Of a stretch of 15,950 nt of DNA, positions 15,768-15,950 are shown in pieces (the stretch's first letter is position 1; each line of letters opens with the position of its first letter). The DNA lies in contig JBLIRN010000063.1 in assembly GCA_049472315.1 (NCBI GenBank), positions 1-15,950 of the forward strand. The letters run 5' to 3'. The position numbers and the translations under genes were made by a program. Source of the DNA: a bacterium. Its GTDB lineage: Bacteria > SZUA-182 > DTGQ01 > JAFGSM01. The notes below the pieces were generated by a model that was given only the letters and a program-made list of their open reading frames with translations, made no database searches and was not told where the DNA came from.

Positions 15768-15784
15768 GTCAAGTTATATGCCGG
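15768..15784 (-). promoter_or_regulatory. possible sigma54 -24/-12 promoter (variant -12 element)
   Basis: Minus strand CCGGCATATAACTTGAC: GG-N10-GA instead of GG-N10-GC; the predicted start (~15757) falls just before the GGAGG RBS. Confidence 0.4.
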
Positions 15785-15950
15785 TTATGCCTTTTGGGGC
15801 AGCCTATTTTTCAATAAATGAGGCCCCCAGGCAGCACGGAAACAGTTATTTACATTAAAAAGGCTCGCATGAATATATACTTCCTTCCTCCCAAAAAGGT
15901 ACCGCATGTCAACTCGACCGCTCACCATGACAATGAAACTCCGTCATCCC

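Noticed and set aside
1..15950. CRISPR array, IS element or prophage
   Set aside because: No regularly spaced direct repeats, terminal inverted repeats, or transposase/phage genes seen

Overview
Bacterial chromosomal window with no mobile element or CRISPR array. The GG-CFI tail, sigma54 promoter and NikR-like box suggest a Desulfobacterota-like or candidate-phylum anaerobe, but this is inference. Left part: a lipoprotein with a CBM-like and a GH-A-like domain converges on a glycogen-type operon, which encodes a GT4-fold protein lacking its catalytic motifs and a DUF4912-GH57 branching-enzyme fusion. Middle: an AT-rich island with a near-consensus sigma54 promoter drives a small membrane ORF and a secreted low-complexity/beta-barrel protein. 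These are followed by tRNA-Arg(CCG), a class I SAM methyltransferase behind a NikR-like palindrome, and a choice-of-anchor-U/CFI-box-like protein. Right part: a minus-strand cluster in which a secreted sulfatase-like (Thr nucleophile) protein with about 15 TPRs sits among four small secreted Pro/Gly/aromatic-rich, charge-poor proteins. The most striking feature is this family of five related secreted proteins. All five have a predicted mature N-terminal Gln and share sequence modules in mosaic fashion, and four carry an Arg-x-small motif at the domain boundary. They may form an undescribed extracellular structural or processed-peptide system. All domain calls come from motif recognition by eye; no searches were run.
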